DNA of 64,000 bases, from NCBI GenBank assembly GCA_937892155.1, contig CALAUG010000032.1:1517-65516 (forward strand). The letters run 5' to 3'. Each line of letters opens with the position of its first letter. The stretch's first letter is position 1. The DNA is from an uncultured Bacteroidales bacterium (GTDB taxonomy: Bacteria > Bacteroidota > Bacteroidia > Bacteroidales > UBA1715). A program made the translations under genes and the position numbers. The notes under the pieces were generated by a model that ran no database searches, was not told where the DNA came from, and saw only the letters and a list, made by a program, of their open reading frames with translations. Of this stretch, positions 59,412 through 64,000 are shown piece after piece.

Positions 59412-60179
59412 TTATATTTCTATATGTTTTGATCTGCTAAAATTATTGCAAATATGTTCATTATTGCATACATATCCCAATTGATTACTGATGATTTTTG
59501 TTTTACCTATCACGAGATCCAAATTTCTATGAGAATGCCCATAAATCCAATAATCAATGTCGGCATCTGCAATGTATTCTCCTAATTCACATGCAAAGGC
59601 ACCATTTATTTGATTGCCTTGAAACTCTTTTGCGACAACAGAATAGGTTGGCAGATGATGCGTCAACACTATTTTATTTCTTGCAGTACTTTCTTTTATC
59701 GCATTTTTAATAAATGTTATGCATTTTTCATTTTCAGCATTAAAAGCATCAGCAGTCAATCTGTATTTCCCATTTCTAATCCTATAGAAATCACTTACGC
59801 CGTGTTCGGTAGCATAAAAATCAACAGGGTTAATGTGTCCCCATAGTGTTGAAACAATTACATCCAATCCGGGGAATCGCACAACGGAATTATAGTAAAA
59901 ATGGACATTGTGCCTGATTTCGCCTATTAGTCCATCCTTCAAACTGGAGATATCATAATATTGATATAGTTCGTGATTACCTATGCAAACAACCACTTCT
60001 TGATAGTTTCTTGAAGCCCAATCCCAAAAGAAATGATTTTCATATTCGGGCGTATTCAAGTAAGCTGTATCACCAGCCATCAAAAGAATATCACCAGAAA
60101 CCTCTATTGGATATTTCTTGAGATATTCAGAATTCTCCTTAAATTCCAAATGTAAATCGCTCAGGTACTGAATTTTCAT
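59412..60179 (-). CDS. calcineurin-like metallophosphoesterase
   Basis: SDLHLE, GDTAY, GNHE, THH and GHSH motifs. ATGA overlap with the upstream NTase gene; lies 16 nt upstream of hsdM. Confidence 0.8.
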   Translation of the reverse strand: MKIQYLSDLHLEFKENSEYLKKYPIEVSGDILLMAGDTAYLNTPEYENHFFWDWASRNYQEVVVCIGNHELYQYYDISSLKDGLIGEIRHNVHFYYNSVVRFPGLDVIVSTLWGHINPVDFYATEHGVSDFYRIRNGKYRLTADAFNAENEKCITFIKNAIKESTARNKIVLTHHLPTYSVVAKEFQGNQINGAFACELGEYIADADIDYWIYGHSHRNLDLVIGKTKIISNQLGYVCNNEHICNNFSRSKHIEI

Positions 60180-60964
60180 TTTTCCAACACGAATAGTTCG
60201 TCCAGCAAATTTAAATACTCAGTTATTGCCTCGGGCGGAACAGACATTGATTGTGCCAAAACTTGTGGAGAGTCCTGATGAATCCGTCTCATTTCCGAAA
60301 CAAATTCCACAGCGTCCCCAAAGATGGAATGACACACTGAAACTGGTCCTATTGCCTTACCCGTCGCCATTAGGTTGAGGATATCACGACGATGTTTCAA
60401 AATATCATCTGAATGAACGGTTTTTCCTTCTTTTTTGTCTTTGCTTAAATTTAGGAAAGCACGCATTTTCAGGGCAATCAAGGCGATTTCATCAGCCATT
60501 CTCAACCCCTCACGGATTTCGCTGTGGGCAATCGTAAAATCATATAAATCCTTGTCCATAACAATGGAGGAAAGACTGTATTGTCCGCCATTAGCCGAGA
60601 TGGGTTCAATCCGTATGTTTTGAGGTTCAAGTAATCGCTCCGCTTGAGAAGCCAGCAATTCAATCTGCCAAGGAAAACCCTCTTGTGAGGGATGATTAAA
60701 ACGATACAAAGCATAGACAATTTTGCCAACGCTGTTTTCCCTTTTTCCAATTGAATAGCCACCATTATGAATAAACTGCCAAAAATCGCTGAGGAAATCA
60801 CGGGTAATATTGTCAACGATGACAATCAAATCTATATCTTTGGTCACATGGCGTGTCCGTCCAGTATCAGCCAGGCAAACCTCGCAAGCAGTTCCTCCTA
60901 TGACAATGAAGTTATCTATATGGTCTTGCATTGCCTCCCTAAATATTTCATATCCCGTTACCAT
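60176..60964 (-). CDS. Pol-beta-fold nucleotidyltransferase, AbiEii/AbiGii toxin-like
   Basis: VIGGTACEVCL (hGG[ST]) and TKDIDLIV (DxD), with a later K..A...KHRRD segment. Its start overlaps the upstream gene by 7 nt (ATGGTAA). Confidence 0.55.
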   Translation of the reverse strand: MVTGYEIFREAMQDHIDNFIVIGGTACEVCLADTGRTRHVTKDIDLIVIVDNITRDFLSDFWQFIHNGGYSIGKRENSVGKIVYALYRFNHPSQEGFPWQIELLASQAERLLEPQNIRIEPISANGGQYSLSSIVMDKDLYDFTIAHSEIREGLRMADEIALIALKMRAFLNLSKDKKEGKTVHSDDILKHRRDILNLMATGKAIGPVSVCHSIFGDAVEFVSEMRRIHQDSPQVLAQSMSVPPEAITEYLNLLDELFVLEK

Positions 60965-61908
60965 AGCTTCTTCATCATTGTTTCGACTTCTTTTTCAATT
61001 CTTGGGTCATCCGTTTCTTTCAGGCTTAGAGCCAAGGATATTTTGTCCACAGTTTGCATATCGGATTCAATGGGATGATATTTCCAGCATTCAATTTTAT
61101 ATTGTCCTTCAATTGGATTCAAATTTTTGAAGTTTTCATTATCTTTTCCTCTGTTGAAGGATTTTGTTTCTAAAGCGTAGGTTATCAACTCGTCCGAATT
61201 TATCATAGTGAATTTGGATAAGGCACTCACGCCAGCCAACCAAAGACCTTGCGTGTTTTTTATTTCGTCGCAGTACCATACCGACTGCACGGGATTAATC
61301 AAAAAACTTTGTGAACGGGCGAGCAATTGTTCTTTTGATTCAGGAAAAACCAAATGCTTAAATCGCTGGTCATCAATTTCAATTTCACACAATTTCAATC
61401 CAAGGAGGACTTTGATGGCGCGCGTAACCGTTGTGTATTGCAAATGCGTAGCAGCAGCGATTTCACTTGCGGTTAGATGGGTCAAGTTTTCCTTCTGCAA
61501 ATGATAGAGTAACAAATATTGAGCTGTTGAAGTAAGAGTTTTGTATTGTTTGGAGCCTACCGACTTTGAATTAATGATTATTGATGGCAGATAGGCATAT
61601 TTGTTGCTAACGATGAAAAACACGTTTTTCTCCGCCAAACGCATACGCAGGTAATAGGGAATATCGTCAAATACAAAAACTGCAACTTCGCCCATCATAA
61701 GTCCAATGCGGTCAGACAAATAGCGTAACTGCTTGGGTGTAAAATTCTGTTGGACTGATTGTTGCAGCAACAGCAAAGACTGCCCATTATATTCAGAACG
61801 GGCGACATTGAAAAAAATCCAGACATCTGGAGGGAGATTTTTCTGTTTCAATTCAGTTGTTGAAACAAGGCTTACATCCAAAGCTTTGTTAAATATTTTC
61901 ACTTCCAT
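60958..61908 (-). CDS. wHTH protein, AbiEi antitoxin-like, with an extra ~120-aa N-terminal domain
   Basis: Central HTH (LTASEIAAATHLQYTTVTRAIKVL) followed by a C-terminal domain (LAGVSALSKFTMINSDE...). Its position and translational coupling fit a cognate regulator or antitoxin. Confidence 0.45.
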   Translation of the reverse strand: MEVKIFNKALDVSLVSTTELKQKNLPPDVWIFFNVARSEYNGQSLLLLQQSVQQNFTPKQLRYLSDRIGLMMGEVAVFVFDDIPYYLRMRLAEKNVFFIVSNKYAYLPSIIINSKSVGSKQYKTLTSTAQYLLLYHLQKENLTHLTASEIAAATHLQYTTVTRAIKVLLGLKLCEIEIDDQRFKHLVFPESKEQLLARSQSFLINPVQSVWYCDEIKNTQGLWLAGVSALSKFTMINSDELITYALETKSFNRGKDNENFKNLNPIEGQYKIECWKYHPIESDMQTVDKISLALSLKETDDPRIEKEVETMMKKLW

Positions 61909-61918
61909 ATTTTCAATA

Positions 61919-61959
61919 ATTTTGCACTATTTTCATACACATTGAAAACAGTGCAAAAT
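61919..61959. promoter_or_regulatory. 16-nt inverted repeat (15/16 match) immediately upstream of the wHTH gene, candidate autoregulatory operator
   Basis: ATTTTGCACTATTTTC (61919-61934) and GAAAACAGTGCAAAAT (61944-61959), with a 9-nt spacer. The left arm lies 11 nt from the ATG at 61908. Confidence 0.45.
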
Positions 61960-62037
61960 AGCAATAATATTTTGATTATCAACATAAGCCCCAAAATTTT
62001 TTAACTACATTTATAAGTCAAACAGCTTATAAATTCA

Positions 62038-63255
62038 TTACACCAGCTCTCCGCTAAACGCTTTTTTCAGAATGCTCTGCCTCAATGCCTCGGCTTGTTG
62101 CAACGATTGTTCGATGCTGGCTTCGACAAGCTCAGCCTGCGACAATCGGGTTTCGATTTCTTGGACTATACGTTGCTGCTCGGGAAGAGACGGAAGGGGA
62201 AATGGGATTTGTTTAATAATACCAATGTTTAAAACATCCATCGTTGTCCCACTAGCATTGATTTTGTAAAAAGATTTCACTTTAGAACTTTCAAAATAAT
62301 ATTTGAAAAATTTTGCATCATAGATTTGTTGGTTCAAAGTTATCTTTATTAAACGAGGATTTATAATTCCTTCTTTAACACCTTTAGGAAGTATTAAAAC
62401 CTTACCTACAGTACCAACTAGACTAATCAAAATATCACCTTCCTGTATTTTACAAGATTCAAGTTCTTTATATTTAGTCTCATCAACATAATAATTACCA
62501 ATAAATGGATTACCATTTATAACCTGCTCTTGACCATATATTTTATATCCTTTTTCGACATAACAATCTTTTTTTAATGCAGATCCAAAAGGTCCTGCTT
62601 TTAAAGCATTTTTCCCCTTTTCTATTATATCAATAATATTTACAATAGGCCATTCTTGTTTAGTCAAGCAATCATTCAGCACCGCTTGCCTATAAACTTT
62701 TAATTGTAGCTGTGCGGTTTTCAGTTTTTCCACGCCTTTGTCCAACTCGGCAAAGAGGGATTCTATACGGGTTACTATGGCGCGCTGGGTAGCGAGAGGG
62801 GGAAGAGTTACTTCATATTCTTTCAGCCACTCCGTACTCATATTTTTCTGAGCAATTCCTTTTGAAGAGTCTATACAATCTTTTTCAAAAGAATCAGTAT
62901 TAAATAAATGAAATAAATACTGCAAAGAAACAAGGCTTTTGTCTTTTACCCGAAGACATCCAACTCGCTGATTTAATGCAGCAGGAAGAAGTTCTTCATT
63001 CAAAATCCCCACTCGTCCGACATTTCCCGTTAATGAAATCAATAAATCACCTTTCTTCAGAACATATTTTTTCAGTTCTTCTTGTGTTTCAATCGGATAA
63101 AATTGTGGTTCTTCGTCAATTACAAAACCTTTTTTGACATTTGTAATTCTAATAACTCTCAATCCATCAGAAACATAATTAGAACTCTTGAATGCAAAAC
63201 CATTCAAGATATCACATATTTCGCCGAGTTTGTATGTTGGATAAGAGCTATTCAT
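62038..63255 (-). CDS. hsdS: type I restriction-modification system specificity subunit
   Basis: Two target-recognition domains are separated by conserved helices (LPPLATQRAIVTRIESLFAELD; LPSLPEQQRIVQEIETRLSQAE). Confidence 0.85.
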   Translation of the reverse strand: MNSSYPTYKLGEICDILNGFAFKSSNYVSDGLRVIRITNVKKGFVIDEEPQFYPIETQEELKKYVLKKGDLLISLTGNVGRVGILNEELLPAALNQRVGCLRVKDKSLVSLQYLFHLFNTDSFEKDCIDSSKGIAQKNMSTEWLKEYEVTLPPLATQRAIVTRIESLFAELDKGVEKLKTAQLQLKVYRQAVLNDCLTKQEWPIVNIIDIIEKGKNALKAGPFGSALKKDCYVEKGYKIYGQEQVINGNPFIGNYYVDETKYKELESCKIQEGDILISLVGTVGKVLILPKGVKEGIINPRLIKITLNQQIYDAKFFKYYFESSKVKSFYKINASGTTMDVLNIGIIKQIPFPLPSLPEQQRIVQEIETRLSQAELVEASIEQSLQQAEALRQSILKKAFSGELV

Positions 63256-63829
63256 TGCGTATTCCCTTTAAATTATAAATAAGACTAATTCCACCTATAA
63301 ACATCTCTGTTTTTGTCTTATCATCAACTTTTACCGCCAATTCATGAGTTATATGGTTTCTCAAAACCTTAAACGCACAACAAAATTGAAAAGAATCTTC
63401 TTCAATCCACGAGTGTTCTTTTGCATATTCAAGCAATTTATGAAATGTTGGTATTTTAGTGTTTTCTTGATTCTCTTGGACAAATCTATCTTTCAATAAA
63501 TTTTCAATAATTTTTGCAAGTTTTTGCAATGCCCCCTCATCATCACCAATAGTAATTAATTTTTCTATTGAATATAATTCCTCAGCAACCTTTTCATCAA
63601 CTCCTTTATACTGGACTCTCAAATTTACGATCAATTGCTTTATCGGCTCGGGCAAATCTTGCTGATGTAACTTCAAATATTCATCAAGCAACACCAAAAT
63701 ATCTTTTTTTTGCTTTTGATTTATAGCCTTTAACTTCTGGTTTTCCTGATATTTGTTATAGCCAAATGCTATTCCAAAAACAGCTAACAAGCCAACACAT
63801 ACAAATAATATGGTTTCTTTTTTATTCAT
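63248..63829 (-). CDS. membrane-anchored HEPN-like (DUF4145-like) protein
   Basis: N-terminal TM (ILFVCVGLLAVFGIAFG), coiled-coil linker, and a C-terminal Rx4H motif (LRNHITHE, R157/H162). Its stop overlaps the hsdS start by 8 nt. Confidence 0.5.
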   Translation of the reverse strand: MNKKETILFVCVGLLAVFGIAFGYNKYQENQKLKAINQKQKKDILVLLDEYLKLHQQDLPEPIKQLIVNLRVQYKGVDEKVAEELYSIEKLITIGDDEGALQKLAKIIENLLKDRFVQENQENTKIPTFHKLLEYAKEHSWIEEDSFQFCCAFKVLRNHITHELAVKVDDKTKTEMFIGGISLIYNLKGIRNE

Positions 63830-64000
63830 TTATATTTTCAAGATTATTTCAAACCCCGCACCCATACCATATGCCCTTTTTTTCTCTTCGACATGATTTC
63901 CACACCGACAACCAGCCCCCATATTTGCACTTGAGCCTGTACTATTTAATTGTACTAATCCACAAGAAACATAGTTTTGGAATTCCTCTCTAGTATATGG
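63830..64000 (-). CDS. hypothetical protein, C-terminal 56 aa (gene starts beyond window end)
   Basis: Open minus-strand frame ...PYTREEFQNYVSCGLVQLNSTGSSANMGAGCRCGNHVEEKKRAYGMGAGFEIILKI. It ends at a TAA immediately adjacent to the next ATG. Confidence 0.3.
   Translation of the reverse strand, partial: PYTREEFQNYVSCGLVQLNSTGSSANMGAGCRCGNHVEEKKRAYGMGAGFEIILKI

Noticed and set aside
1-64000. CRISPR arrays, rRNA genes, intact transposases or IS elements, prophage structural genes
   Set aside because: None were found on reading both strands. The only regular repeats are in-frame coding repeats (1653-3209), and the only recombinase trace is the Arm-domain remnant at 38429-38860.

Overview
This 64-kb window is a chromosomal segment of a low-GC, Bacteroidota-type genome. 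That assignment rests on three T9SS C-terminal sorting domains, many lipoprotein signals, TAnnTTTG-type -7 boxes and a thr-tyr-gly tRNA cluster. About two thirds is ordinary housekeeping: purC, tyrS, fmt, dnaB, nnr, tsaB/tsaE, dusB, phoH, a perR-rubrerythrin pair, a Wza/Wzc pair, a TolC-HlyD-ABC2 exporter, a DASS symporter with a porin, and a LysR regulator. No rRNA, CRISPR array or intact transposase or integrase was seen. Two accessory regions stand out. (1) 30.65-38.96 kb is an island bounded by the stop codon of a conserved gene and by the 3' end of tRNA-Gly. It holds a truncated hsdS, a PARIS-like ABC-ATPase/DUF4435-Toprim pair, and a second ABC-type ATPase paired with an unrecognised 196-aa protein carrying a PD-(D/E)xK signature. 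That second pair is my best candidate for an undescribed defence system. The island also carries two diverged copies of the same ~25-codon gene start (probably hsdR), surface-protein genes, and an integrase Arm-domain remnant fused to a dockerin-like loop. (2) 57.9-64 kb is a type I R-M locus with hsdS upstream of hsdM and no hsdR. A translationally coupled three-gene cassette interrupts it (wHTH AbiEi-like, AbiEii-like nucleotidyltransferase, metallophosphoesterase). A membrane-anchored HEPN (Rx4H) gene precedes hsdS and overlaps its start. Other points of interest are a partner-switching module with no kinase or sigma factor (two STAS proteins and a sensor PP2C) wrapped around a DAACS transporter with an unexplained N-terminal domain, a predicted pseudokinase, and several palindromic operator candidates. 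All family assignments come from reading motifs by eye; no searches were run.
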